Shown here in pieces: positions 8,136-17,628 of a DNA stretch of 53,023 nt. The notes beneath the pieces are model-generated. The model was not told the DNA's origin. It saw only the letters and a program-made list of their open reading frames with translations, and made no database searches. The stretch spans positions 1 through 53,023 of the forward strand of contig JAZDEN010000038.1 of NCBI GenBank assembly GCA_043808805.1, read 5' to 3'. This stretch comes from an archaeon. Its GTDB lineage: Archaea > Nanobdellota > Nanobdellia > SCGC-AAA011-G17 > VGLX01. Each line of letters begins with the position of its first letter. Position 1 is the first letter of the stretch. The position numbers were made by a program, and so were the translations under genes.

Positions 8136-11105
8136 TTACTTAACTAGCTTGTTTGTTATAGATTTGTAAGCCTGATTACTAGGTTTCCCAATCACAACAA
8201 CATCATCTTTCTTAACCTCAAAAAACTTATTTGTCGTTGAATCAACAAGGACTCCCTCCGCACCTTTAGGATTCGCACCCCAAACATTCTTGGAGATTGT
8301 ACGATACTCCTTAACCCTTGAATTCTCATACCTGTAAACATAAACAGCATCCCCATCTTTAAGGGACTTCATCTCTCCAGAGCTAACATCAAGATAGGGG
8401 TGTATCAACGCACCGGGATTGGCAACAGGCGTGTTTATAGTAACACCACCAGGTATGTCAACATCATAATCGACGTATTTGGCGCTGTAGGTTGGAAGGA
8501 TATTTCCTTCTGTCACCCCATTTTTGTATGACCAATAAAACCCACTACCAAAAACCCCAAAGGCCATGCCCTCCTGAACAATCACACCATCTTTTGGTAT
8601 AATACTCTGCGTGTTGGCCTGAGACGGAGGAATGCTAGCAGGGGTCGGCGCTGAGCTAACAGGAGTCGGAGTTGAACTGACAACGGAAGGTGATGGGGAA
8701 ACACTAGGCGACCCGGTTATAGGCTGCGGATTTGTAGACTTGATCTTGCCGGCAAAATAATCACTACGCAACTTCTGCCAATCCTCATCACTCATACCAT
8801 AAGGCTTCTTGTTGATGTAATTCTCAAGATAATAAGTTTCAATAGTCTTATCGATCTCACCCTGAGTCAAAAACTTTTCAGCCGAACTCGGAACCTGCCT
8901 ACCAGCATTGTTAGCAGGGTGGATAACAACCTGACCAGTACTCACGCTTGATGTAACAACAGTAACCAGCGGTTCTGCCATCACCTGAGCATCAACCTCC
9001 ATACCGTCCAACTTCCAGGTGCTGTATGCACCACGGAGCCTATCATAACGGGCCATAACATCCGTCTGGAAACCATTAGCGCTATCAGCACTGCCAAGCT
9101 TCTGCTGGAGAACATCGAAGTAACTTCCTTTTGTAGAGGCATCCTTTATTGCTTTCTTATCCTCTTCACTTAAAGATAATATTCTTGCCAGCTCATAATC
9201 AACAGCAACATCCCAAGGGGTATCACCTTTCTTTACTTTTATCTTATTCGCATCTTCAGCCTTTTTCTGCTCTGCCCCAGCTTTTGATGCGTCAGGAGAA
9301 CTGACTATCTGGCAATAGAAATCGTCAGGACTGCAAACATAAGGATTGTACCTTGGATCAGTGATACCAACGGGAGTTAAGCCACTGATTAAAGAATCTG
9401 TAGGTATCACCATATCAGAGGAGGTTGTGAAGCTGGAAGGGTTGTACTTAAGCGGCCTATCAATCATTGATTTTACAAAAGCATTGGACTTCATTGACAA
9501 ATCGGCGATGTCAGGATCCAAACCCTCATCTATTGTGAAAATAGCCTTTGAAGTCGGCTTAATCTTAGGAGCAAGTATGTAATCATTCTTCGTCGTGCTA
9601 ACCCTAACACCACCATCCTTCTCAGGTGTAAGAACAACAGGCTTAACATCCCTCCAGAAAGGAGTATCACCAGACCTAAGCTTATCAAGAGTAACGTCAC
9701 CATAAGAAACCGTAACGTCACGGGCCTTAGCCCTAACCTCCATATTCAACAAATCACCATTAGGACTCAACTTCATCTTAACAGTATCCATCAACATAGT
9801 GCCACGATTCGTCTGACCCTCAAGATTAATCACAGTACCATCCTTGAGCTTGACAGTCTTCATCGTGCCTTCAATCAGGGTGTTACCATCCTTATCCTTC
9901 TTGACATCCATGAAACCTTCCTGATGATCCCACTTCGCAGAATCAGCAGTGATCTCAGTGCCACCGACCTTGAAAACCTGATTCTGATTGTCAATCTTGT
10001 TAGACCATAATATCTTACCTTCTTTTAGGGTGCAATCCTCAACATCACCCTGCTTCTTCATTTCCACTTTCATAGTGCTTCCTGGAAGCATGCTGTAATC
10101 CTTACCGCAGAAAGAAACAGCAACAGGATCCTTCTTTGTATCATCAATCAAAGTTCCAGGTTTTGGAGTTGCCTCAATTATTTTTTCCTGTGCAACTGTA
10201 ACATCAACGGAGGTTGTGCACTTCTTCTGCTTAGTTTTAGGGTCTTCAGTGCATGAAACCTTATCAACCTTAATCTCACTGTCAGCAGGAAGATCAAGAG
10301 GAGGGTTGCCATTTATCTGAGCCTTCATGCCCTCCTTACCAGCAACAACATCAGCCTTCGTAACCTTATCGTTAGTCAGGCCCTGCTTAAGATCATAATC
10401 GATGAACCCTTTCTTCCAGTCGCCATTGAAAAGGTTTTCCATATCCTTAGACTCAAAAACAAACCTAGACCTTGACCCGATGCCCTGAGGGTTGTAAGGC
10501 TTAAGCGTTACCTTTTCCTCAACAGCCTTAACTTCTGTCAGCTTCAGGTCTGAGGCGTGCAGATAATCAACAGTCTCCTTAAACTTCTTCGGGTCCTCAT
10601 TACCAAACTTGAGCGGGTCAAAATTCTTTGCTGTCTTCACTTCTTTACCACTCGCATCCTTCTCCTTTGAAAAAATAAACTGACCGCTTTTCGCAGGGAT
10701 TGGTGATGAGTCAGTAAGCTGCTTCATCTGCTGCTGCATCGTGAAAACCTGACCCAGTGTTGCAACCTCCTTATTACTCTTCGAGGCCTCCTGCATTGCA
10801 GTACTTGAAAGACCTGAAACAGGGTCAAGCAAAAGCTGACCAGTCTGGAAGCAACCATTACAACTCTTATCAAGCTCACCAGTAAACTGGGTGGTAATCT
10901 TACCAGAAGGGTCAACAACCCAACTCAAAGCCTCTGTACCTTCCGGTCCAGTTGCAGTACCAAGAGCCTTGACAGTCCAACTGCCATCCTTAAGAGCGAT
11001 AGCCCATGAAAGAACGTCACTGGGATTCGCCTGCTTATTCTCAGCAGAAAAAGAAATCGAGCTAAGAAGAACAACAAAGACCATGAAAAGAGCAACCTTC
11101 CTCAT
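8136..11105 (-). CDS. giant secreted protein of unknown function (Sec signal peptide, Pro/Ser/Thr linker)
   Basis: 989 aa. The N-terminus MRKVALFMVFVVLLSSISFSAENK is a cleavable signal peptide. The linker TGSPSVSPSPSVVSSTPTPVSSAPTPASIPPSQ separates a C-terminal domain of about 190 aa. The 4-nt overlap with the upstream pilin-like gene implies co-translation. Confidence 0.8.
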   Translation of the reverse strand: MRKVALFMVFVVLLSSISFSAENKQANPSDVLSWAIALKDGSWTVKALGTATGPEGTEALSWVVDPSGKITTQFTGELDKSCNGCFQTGQLLLDPVSGLSSTAMQEASKSNKEVATLGQVFTMQQQMKQLTDSSPIPAKSGQFIFSKEKDASGKEVKTAKNFDPLKFGNEDPKKFKETVDYLHASDLKLTEVKAVEEKVTLKPYNPQGIGSRSRFVFESKDMENLFNGDWKKGFIDYDLKQGLTNDKVTKADVVAGKEGMKAQINGNPPLDLPADSEIKVDKVSCTEDPKTKQKKCTTSVDVTVAQEKIIEATPKPGTLIDDTKKDPVAVSFCGKDYSMLPGSTMKVEMKKQGDVEDCTLKEGKILWSNKIDNQNQVFKVGGTEITADSAKWDHQEGFMDVKKDKDGNTLIEGTMKTVKLKDGTVINLEGQTNRGTMLMDTVKMKLSPNGDLLNMEVRAKARDVTVSYGDVTLDKLRSGDTPFWRDVKPVVLTPEKDGGVRVSTTKNDYILAPKIKPTSKAIFTIDEGLDPDIADLSMKSNAFVKSMIDRPLKYNPSSFTTSSDMVIPTDSLISGLTPVGITDPRYNPYVCSPDDFYCQIVSSPDASKAGAEQKKAEDANKIKVKKGDTPWDVAVDYELARILSLSEEDKKAIKDASTKGSYFDVLQQKLGSADSANGFQTDVMARYDRLRGAYSTWKLDGMEVDAQVMAEPLVTVVTSSVSTGQVVIHPANNAGRQVPSSAEKFLTQGEIDKTIETYYLENYINKKPYGMSDEDWQKLRSDYFAGKIKSTNPQPITGSPSVSPSPSVVSSTPTPVSSAPTPASIPPSQANTQSIIPKDGVIVQEGMAFGVFGSGFYWSYKNGVTEGNILPTYSAKYVDYDVDIPGGVTINTPVANPGALIHPYLDVSSGEMKSLKDGDAVYVYRYENSRVKEYRTISKNVWGANPKGAEGVLVDSTTNKFFEVKKDDVVVIGKPSNQAYKSITNKLVK

Positions 11106-11860
11106 CTGTACCTCACCGCAAACCTGTAATTATACAAAACATCACGATAAACCGATCTTGAATCCTCCAACGAATACAAGAAAGTCTTGTTGTCATAAGG
11201 ATAGATGTCAACCTTAACACCCAAACCAATAAGATAGGAAACATCAATATTCTTAGGGTCAGAAATCGTCCTCTTAACTATGCTGTCAGAAATGTCATGC
11301 AAGAACTTAATCCTTAAAGGATATTCAACCTCATAAGGATCGTCAACCTTGAAAGTGTTTTCCCCTTCGGTCACGGTAATGGGATAATCAACAGACACCC
11401 TCACCTTATCATCAAGGAAATCAACAGACGTTGAAGGTTCCTTGGCAACAACATTCAACTTGCCAAAATCAACGCTGGCCAAACAACCAGGCAGAAAATC
11501 ATTCATGGAATTCGAAAACTCCCTCCTGAAATCAACAAGGGTTGGAAGAACATTCTTGCCCTTGTCATAACCATAAGCAACGCTGAAATCGTCATTAACA
11601 AAAGCCTTATCACCCGACGGAACCAGAAGACCTCCCTGCTCACCGAGATAGTAAAAGGTTATCAGGCTGTTAGCCTCAACACAACGCTGAACATGATCTT
11701 GAATTTCCCTGATGTCAGCAGGCAGAACAACCTGCTTCTGCAGGATCTTGGTTGAGACAGTCTCAGTAATTGCAGAACGATAAAAGACCATCAGGAGTAT
11801 GAGAATAACAAGCACTACACCAAGAACTACAAACAAAGTAAGCTGACCCCTCTTTTCCAT
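11102..11860 (-). CDS. protein with archaeal class-III (type IV pilin-like) signal peptide
   Basis: Uses the internal ATG at 11860 (cat 11858-11860). This gives MEKRGQLTLFVVLGVVLVILILLMVFY, a short charged leader ending KRG followed by Q and an uninterrupted hydrophobic helix, the prepilin-peptidase substrate pattern. The longer track start would overlap the RPA gene. Confidence 0.65.
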   Translation of the reverse strand: MEKRGQLTLFVVLGVVLVILILLMVFYRSAITETVSTKILQKQVVLPADIREIQDHVQRCVEANSLITFYYLGEQGGLLVPSGDKAFVNDDFSVAYGYDKGKNVLPTLVDFRREFSNSMNDFLPGCLASVDFGKLNVVAKEPSTSVDFLDDKVRVSVDYPITVTEGENTFKVDDPYEVEYPLRIKFLHDISDSIVKRTISDPKNIDVSYLIGLGVKVDIYPYDNKTFLYSLEDSRSVYRDVLYNYRFAVRYR

Positions 11861-11897
11861 GACTAAAAATATAGAAGAGTGATATTTAAATCTTACG

Positions 11898-12899
11898 TCA
11901 GAACTCAGCAGCCAGGGTTGCGGCAATCTCTTTGGCATCAGCCTCATTCAAATCCTGGGCCATTATCTCAACGCGGTCAAACATTTCATTCTTGTTGATC
12001 CTTCCTGAAACAAAGAAACTCTTGCCAAGCAAATCTTTCTTCTTTTCCTCAAAATCAACAGGATTGGATTTAAGAAAGGAAATATCATTCAAGCCAAAAA
12101 CCTTTGAGGCAAGATCCCTGAACAAAACAACACGGACGTTATCAGTGCCGTCATCCAAAAGCATGTTGATTATGGGAACCTGTTTGGGTAAAACATGACC
12201 GTGCTGCTCACACCTGAACTTGTCACCCTCAGGAATAACCTTCTTATTGCACTCAGGGCAGGCATCATAAAAACGAGGCTCAAAAACCTGGACAACAGTA
12301 CCGAAAACCTTTGCAAAATCACCAGCAACCAGGTCCTTAATCTTCTTGGAACCGAACTCACGCCTGCCAGGCATCTGGACAGAAACGCCATTAACCTCCT
12401 CACCAGGAGGATTGACAATAATCTCATTACGACCGCTCAAGTGGATTTCCTTAAAACCCTGATTCTCCCTCACCATACCCCCAACAATCTTAAGAACATC
12501 ACCCTCATTGAACCTCTGGAATATCTCGATGTGATTCAAATCCCACAGAACAATCCGGATGCTGCCTGTCTCATCAGCAATGAAAAAAGAAGCAACCTTA
12601 CCTTCCCTGGTTGCGGTCTTGAACTCGCGAACCTCATACTTCCTGACAACCTTGCCAACCAGCTCATTAACACGCAAACCCTCAACCATCTCCTTGACCT
12701 TGTAACGCTTCTTGTTAATGTCAGGAAAAAGCGTGATGCCCACCTCATTCGCAATTATATGAGCAGCACCATCCCGGGAGATAAGGCCAGCTAGCTGCTT
12801 GAGCTTGGCATCTATCTTAGCATTGATCTCAACATCAGAAAGCCCCTTCTCCTCTTTTATTCTTCTGATGATCTCATCATAAGTAACCCTAAGCATCAT
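11898..12899 (-). CDS. rpa: replication protein A-type ssDNA-binding protein (OB folds plus zinc ribbon)
   Basis: The N-terminus LRVTYDEIIRRIKEEKGLSDVEINAKIDAKLKQLAGLISRDGAAHIIANEVGI is typical of archaeal RPA/RFA. OB-fold segments follow, with the zinc ribbon CPECNKKVIPEGDKFRCEQHGH. The ATG at 12899 is used because the track start at 12902 is a TTG. Confidence 0.8.
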   Translation of the reverse strand: MMLRVTYDEIIRRIKEEKGLSDVEINAKIDAKLKQLAGLISRDGAAHIIANEVGITLFPDINKKRYKVKEMVEGLRVNELVGKVVRKYEVREFKTATREGKVASFFIADETGSIRIVLWDLNHIEIFQRFNEGDVLKIVGGMVRENQGFKEIHLSGRNEIIVNPPGEEVNGVSVQMPGRREFGSKKIKDLVAGDFAKVFGTVVQVFEPRFYDACPECNKKVIPEGDKFRCEQHGHVLPKQVPIINMLLDDGTDNVRVVLFRDLASKVFGLNDISFLKSNPVDFEEKKKDLLGKSFFVSGRINKNEMFDRVEIMAQDLNEADAKEIAATLAAEF

Positions 12900-12954
12900 C
12901 AAGGCTAAAAAAATTTAAGAGGTTTATTAAGTTTTGTGTTACAAAAAAGATAAA

Positions 12955-13860
12955 TCAAATCTTCCTAATAAGAATCTCAGGAACGGATATCTTATCAGAA
13001 TAGTAGTAGTTCACCTGCATCTGGAGCTGGCTCTTAACCGGCTTCTCAGCATTGAAAGGGACTGTACACCTAATAACCTTCTCATTAGCGGTGTTAAGTA
13101 TAACAGAACCGCCAGAGCCTATGTCCTGCCTCTCACCTGCATTCTCATAATAACATGAAACATCACGCTCAAGAACCTGAAGCTCAACATTTTTCTTCTT
13201 ATCATCCTCGGTCTTCGGGAAGCAGTTCGAAACAACAGAGCCTGAACCTACAACCTTAATCTTGAAGCTGAACTCAGTCGAAGAACCATCGCTCTTCTCA
13301 ACAAGCTCGCTCACGTGAACAGGAGAATTGGAATTATCACCACCACCTATTGAACCCTTGCTGACATCACTCGTCTTGCCGCCAATCCAGAAGTTGTCAG
13401 AAACAACCTTGGTCTCATAGGGATAGCAGACCTCAACCTGCAAATCACCTGACTTGATTATTCTGTCGGCAAACATCTTCTCAGGATTATAAGACGTGGA
13501 ACCTATGTCAACGTTAACATCACCACCAACACCAGACTCATCAATCATGCCAACCACTTCAGGATTAACCGCCTCCAGAATGTTAGGGTTGAAATTGTTG
13601 TCAAGGCCTGTAACACGGACCATGAAAGCACCTGAAGGGATGTTGAAAGTCCCTGTATTCTTGACATTGACGATAAACTTGATGTTCTTGTCACGGCCAA
13701 TCTCCTTGACAGGAGCGTCCTCAACAAAACTCATAGATATACCAGAAGAGCCGCCGAAACCCTTACGAGTCGTGGTCTCACCACCACCGCCGAAAAGACT
13801 TCCTATAGAACATCCTGATACGAAAAACAGCAACACAATCAAAAAAATAATCCTTCTCAT
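12955..13860 (-). CDS. predicted lipoprotein, beta-rich surface protein (paralog family member 3)
   Basis: Uses the internal ATG at 13860, giving MRRIIFLIVLLFFVSGCS with a lipobox-like VSGC. Shares IVNVKNTGTFN, RVTGLDNNFN and a C-terminal QVNYYYSD motif with the two upstream genes. Confidence 0.7.
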   Translation of the reverse strand: MRRIIFLIVLLFFVSGCSIGSLFGGGGETTTRKGFGGSSGISMSFVEDAPVKEIGRDKNIKFIVNVKNTGTFNIPSGAFMVRVTGLDNNFNPNILEAVNPEVVGMIDESGVGGDVNVDIGSTSYNPEKMFADRIIKSGDLQVEVCYPYETKVVSDNFWIGGKTSDVSKGSIGGGDNSNSPVHVSELVEKSDGSSTEFSFKIKVVGSGSVVSNCFPKTEDDKKKNVELQVLERDVSCYYENAGERQDIGSGGSVILNTANEKVIRCTVPFNAEKPVKSQLQMQVNYYYSDKISVPEILIRKI

Positions 13861-13861
13861 C

Positions 13862-14791
13862 TCACACAACCTCAAAATTGTTTGACTCCCTAACCTCATA
13901 AGTATAAGACAGCTCCACGTTCATAAGCGACTTGTAATTACGGGCCTCAATCCCTGTAATGGTGCAAGTCGCAGTGCCCTTCTCCTCCTTGGCCTTGAAA
14001 ACAAGCGGACTACATGTAACACTTCCAGGAGCATTATACAACTTAACATTAACCCTCTTATTAACCTTATCACTATCATCACCGCACGCATCCTTTTCCA
14101 TGGAAGGATCATAGAACCTGCCCTCACCATTATGAGAAACCTCAATGAACAAGGACATGGTATACTCGTCATCGCCAGTCGTAAGAAGCTCCTGACTAAC
14201 ACTACCAATCTGGATCGGACCGCTCGAGACCCCACTAACCTTGGCATCCTGCCTCGACTTGCAATCCTTTGAAGTGAAAACATCCTTTGCAACACACGCC
14301 TCAACAGAAGCATAAGTCTTGTAGTCATACCTGACGATTGAGGTTATTGAAAAATCATTTACAACAAGCTCACCCATAATAGGAGTGCCCTCCTCAAACT
14401 TTATCGTCTTTGATTCTCCCTCAGACTTCTCATCCTGCGAACGGGACCTGCTGTAAAGGGAAAACTCCTCACACTTGCATGGATCAGAACCCTCAAAAAC
14501 ATCAGAATTCAAACCAGTTATGCATACCATCCCCTCAGTGTCAGACTCTCCATCATTCTTCACATTAACAACAACCCTCAAAGGAATGTCCTTGGAGACC
14601 TTACCCTTCTCAGGAGGCTGAAGAATCTCAACAGTAACAGACTTGGTACCGCCGATGAAAGCCTTGCCACCCCCACTCGGGGAAATCATCTTAATCCCAG
14701 GAAGATTCTTGAAAAAACTATTAACACTATCCAAGCTCGAACAGCCTGAAACAAACACCAGCAACACCAGCAATGCAATTATCTTCTTCAA
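13862..14791 (-). CDS. predicted lipoprotein, beta-rich surface protein (paralog family member 2)
   Basis: The leader is KKIIALLVLLVFVSGCSS (lipobox). Contains VVNVKNDGESD, CITGLNSDVF and the C-terminal ELSYTYEV. The start is a TTG (caa 14789-14791) forming a TTGA overlap with the stop of the upstream gene. No ATG is available. Confidence 0.7.
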   Translation of the reverse strand: MKKIIALLVLLVFVSGCSSLDSVNSFFKNLPGIKMISPSGGGKAFIGGTKSVTVEILQPPEKGKVSKDIPLRVVVNVKNDGESDTEGMVCITGLNSDVFEGSDPCKCEEFSLYSRSRSQDEKSEGESKTIKFEEGTPIMGELVVNDFSITSIVRYDYKTYASVEACVAKDVFTSKDCKSRQDAKVSGVSSGPIQIGSVSQELLTTGDDEYTMSLFIEVSHNGEGRFYDPSMEKDACGDDSDKVNKRVNVKLYNAPGSVTCSPLVFKAKEEKGTATCTITGIEARNYKSLMNVELSYTYEVRESNNFEVV

Positions 14792-16020
14792 GCAGTACCA
14801 CCCTCAGTGATATTAACAGGAATAGGTTTCTTGGAAACGGTTATGACATCAGACTTCTCATTGAATATGTATTCATAACCAACATCAACATGATAAGAGG
14901 TCTCAAAACCAGCCTTCCTTCCTGCAACAAGGCTGTCACTTATCTTCAGCCAGCACTCAAAAGTCTGGAGATTCATCTGCTCGCCAGAGCCGAAGGCAGA
15001 CACCCTTGAAAGCATGCTCGTGTCAGCATCATACTTAGTGAACTTGCCTGTCTCAGAAGACTCCTGGAAAGGACAGAGCTCAGAAACAGGGCTCAGCTCC
15101 CTATCAATAGTCACACCATTAGGAAGAATCAGACTCATAGAATTAATCTTAATGACCTTGCCATCCCACCTGTTGATAAGACTCACACCGACAAGAGGAA
15201 CAGGATAACCCTCACCAACAACAACAGGCTGTTTCAAATCCTCGCTGACACCGATACCGACCTCAACAGGCTCACCATTATAAAGTGCTTTTATTGGAAG
15301 CTTGTCCTCCTTCCTGTTCTCCTTGAAGAAATCCTTACCCTGCAACGCCTCATACTCCTTAGAGTTCAACAGATAAACCTTCATCGAAGACCTCTGGGTC
15401 GGAATCTGAAAAGACATGTTACCCCTAACAGTCAGGGTCTTATCCTCCTCAATCTTATCGCTGGTCTTGAAATTGCACCTCAGGTTGTTGGCAACAGCAG
15501 AAGTCTCAGAGGAAAGCTTCAAAGATTCAGAAGGAACCTTCCTCACCTCACCATTAACAGCATCAGCAGGATCAACACTGCAGTCAAGCTTCAGGTTTAT
15601 GTTCTCAACACCAAGACCTACTGTAACAACATACTTGAAACTTGCGGTAGCGCCTGCAGGGATTTTTTTCGCACCCACAGACTCAAACTTCACAAACTTA
15701 ACACCATAATCAACAGCAGTAGAGTTCGAAGATGCAGTCCAGATGTTACCAACCTCCTTAGGCCTCTGGACAAACAGGTCAGTGAAGAAACGCGCAACAT
15801 CCTGATAACTGCTAACACCAGTCGCTATCAACCTCTGACCGCCGGCAGAGCCGAAATAATAATAACCGTAGAGGCCGCCGAAAACAAGCATGAAGAGAAT
15901 CCCTATAGTAAGAACAGCGGTAAGACCGCTCTGCTTCTTCTTCTCAGGTTGCTGAGACGCAACATACGGCTCAGTTCTCTGATGCTGCTCATCGTATTGA
16001 GAATCGTCGTTTCGCGCCAT
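14788..16020 (-). CDS. N-terminally membrane-anchored beta-rich surface protein (paralog family member 1)
   Basis: 410 aa. A charged cytoplasmic head is followed by the TM helix LTAVLTIGILFMLVFGGLYGYYYF. The ectodomain ends in HVDVGYEYIF, the same C-terminal motif class as the two downstream lipoproteins. Confidence 0.7.
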   Translation of the reverse strand: MARNDDSQYDEQHQRTEPYVASQQPEKKKQSGLTAVLTIGILFMLVFGGLYGYYYFGSAGGQRLIATGVSSYQDVARFFTDLFVQRPKEVGNIWTASSNSTAVDYGVKFVKFESVGAKKIPAGATASFKYVVTVGLGVENINLKLDCSVDPADAVNGEVRKVPSESLKLSSETSAVANNLRCNFKTSDKIEEDKTLTVRGNMSFQIPTQRSSMKVYLLNSKEYEALQGKDFFKENRKEDKLPIKALYNGEPVEVGIGVSEDLKQPVVVGEGYPVPLVGVSLINRWDGKVIKINSMSLILPNGVTIDRELSPVSELCPFQESSETGKFTKYDADTSMLSRVSAFGSGEQMNLQTFECWLKISDSLVAGRKAGFETSYHVDVGYEYIFNEKSDVITVSKKPIPVNITEGGTA

Positions 16021-16050
16021 GAATTACCTCTTTTTTCAACAAAAAACAAT

Positions 16051-16070
16051 TAAGTTTATTAATATATAAA
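16051..16070. promoter_or_regulatory. AT-rich divergent promoter region (tttattaatatataaa)
   Basis: Lies between divergent starts at 16020 (-) and 16086 (+). Overlapping TATA-like motifs sit 20-30 nt from each ATG. Confidence 0.35.
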
Positions 16071-16085
16071 GGTTTTCAAACAAAT

Positions 16086-16763
16086 ATGGCTTTAAACATC
16101 TGCGTTGAGGCGCTGATAAGACTAATCCTTGAGATAATCAACTATGTTTTCGGTGATGTCACACTGCTATTCAGGGGGCATCCAGAGGCATTCTGGACAG
16201 TCGTGTTACCCGAACTTCTGAGAACGATATCATGGATATTCATCTTCTTCCTCATCAAATACCTGGTCAAGGTAAAGATACTGGCAAACCTCATAATCAT
16301 AGGAATACCGATAGTGCTGAAACTGATAGCAACAGCATTCGCAGCAATACCAATAATAGGATGGCTGTTCTCAGGAGCAATACTCGTCACATCAGCAATA
16401 CTCTCAGCAATAGCATGGGGATTCATAACAATAACAGAAGATGAAGTACCCTTCTACCTAAGAATGGTAGGCCTGCCGGGGATGATGATTTTGGGAGCGG
16501 TATCAGGAGCGATAGGAGTGTTCGGGATGGTGATAGACGCAGGAGCGATTGTAGCATTATCAACCATAGCAAGATGGGTCATACCGGGATCAACACTAAT
16601 AGTACTGCTATTAACACTCTGGTCACCGACATGGTTCTGCGAGATGCTCAACGGAAGCCTGAAAATAATAGCAAACGTCAGACAGGAAGGGCTCATCGAA
16701 GGCATATCACAATCGCTGATGATGATACCGCTATTCAAAAAGCGAGTCAAGGATAAAGATTAG
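16086..16763 (+). CDS. polytopic membrane protein, unknown function
   Basis: 225 aa with about 6 hydrophobic helices (for example IFIFFLIKYLV, IIGIPIVLKLIATAFAAIPIIGWLF, GMMILGAVSGAIGVFGMVI). No family recognised. Confidence 0.6.
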   Translation: MALNICVEALIRLILEIINYVFGDVTLLFRGHPEAFWTVVLPELLRTISWIFIFFLIKYLVKVKILANLIIIGIPIVLKLIATAFAAIPIIGWLFSGAILVTSAILSAIAWGFITITEDEVPFYLRMVGLPGMMILGAVSGAIGVFGMVIDAGAIVALSTIARWVIPGSTLIVLLLTLWSPTWFCEMLNGSLKIIANVRQEGLIEGISQSLMMIPLFKKRVKDKD

Positions 16764-17081
16764 ACCTTTCAGATTCTTCTTAGCAAGATATTCTTTCGGA
16801 ATGCTGATAACAGAATTAACCCTGTGGGAGGGAGAGCCGACAAACAGATTTGGACCAATCTTATGAGACTCTCCTGTACGAACATCAGACAAGTAAGACT
16901 CTACCTTGCTGCCAACAGACCTCCTGTCAATCCGTAAATCATAAGGCCTGCAATAAAAACCGTCCTGGGGCTGATAATAAAAATTAGACCTAAGGCTCTT
17001 AACATCATCAGCAAAATACACACCAGCCAGAAAACCCAACGGAACAACCAGATATTTTATTTTATTTAACAAAGCAACCAC
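16731..17081 (-). CDS. small N-terminally anchored membrane protein, unknown function
   Basis: 116 aa. GTG start (cac 17079-17081). Single TM helix YLVVPLGFLAGVYF. The 3' end overlaps the convergent gene 16086..16763. Confidence 0.4.
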   Translation of the reverse strand: MVALLNKIKYLVVPLGFLAGVYFADDVKSLRSNFYYQPQDGFYCRPYDLRIDRRSVGSKVESYLSDVRTGESHKIGPNLFVGSPSHRVNSVISIPKEYLAKKNLKGLIFILDSLFE

Positions 17082-17202
17082 CCCCTTTTCGAAAACATTA
17101 CAACAAAAAGGAAGGGATTAATAAGAGTTGCCCAAGAAAAAACAGAAGATTTGCGAAAAATATTCAAGAATTCTTATTAAAAACAACTGCATAGAATACA
17201 GC

Positions 17203-17628
17203 ATGAGAAAGCTGAAAGCGATAGGGCTTGCGATAATGCTCACAGGAGCAGCAATGCTCGGCGATTCCTGCAACATAAATGACAAGATAGTCAACCCTAT
17301 AAGATACAAGAACGTGAAAGTGGATCCCAAAACCTACCAACAACCGTTCAAGCTGAGGAAAAAATACTCCGTCAATGAAAAAGGCATGCTGGAGGTGCAG
17401 ATAGGGCACAACGACAAGTGGTATCTGGTTGAAAAAGAACTGAGAGTCAACGAAAGAACACTCGAACAGATGATGAAAGAGAAGGGAGACGAGTTCGCAA
17501 GAAGCATAAGGGAAAAGTACGAGCAGAAACAGCCGATCATAAAAGAATACCTGAACAAGATAACCGACATGTACAAGGAAATATTCCAAGGAGGAGAAGA
17601 TGGGAGAGCTGGTAAGACTGGTCAATGA
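17203..17628 (+). CDS. small secreted/lipoprotein-like protein, unknown function
   Basis: Internal ATG at 17203 gives MRKLKAIGLAIMLTGAAMLGDSCN, a signal peptide with Cys after the h-region. The rest is a charged helical protein. Confidence 0.5.
   Translation: MRKLKAIGLAIMLTGAAMLGDSCNINDKIVNPIRYKNVKVDPKTYQQPFKLRKKYSVNEKGMLEVQIGHNDKWYLVEKELRVNERTLEQMMKEKGDEFARSIREKYEQKQPIIKEYLNKITDMYKEIFQGGEDGRAGKTGQ

Noticed and set aside
9150-9250. Possible LysM-like motif (KIKVKKGDTPWDVAVDYELARIL) in the 989-aa secreted protein
   Set aside because: Only the first half of a LysM consensus is recognisable by eye. That is too weak to call without a profile search.
11861-11947. N-terminal 29-aa extension of the pilin-like protein
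   Set aside because: It overlaps the 3' end of the RPA gene. The internal ATG exposes a textbook class-III signal peptide.
12195-12794. 199-aa plus-strand ORF overlapping the RPA gene
   Set aside because: It is antisense to a well-supported RPA. The Leu/Asn/Thr-rich translation is an artefact.
16142-16750. Minus-strand ORFs 16142..16426 and 16454..16750, and plus-strand alternative-frame ORFs within the 6-TM membrane gene
   Set aside because: They overlap a coherent polytopic membrane protein ORF. Their translations lack any structure or motif.
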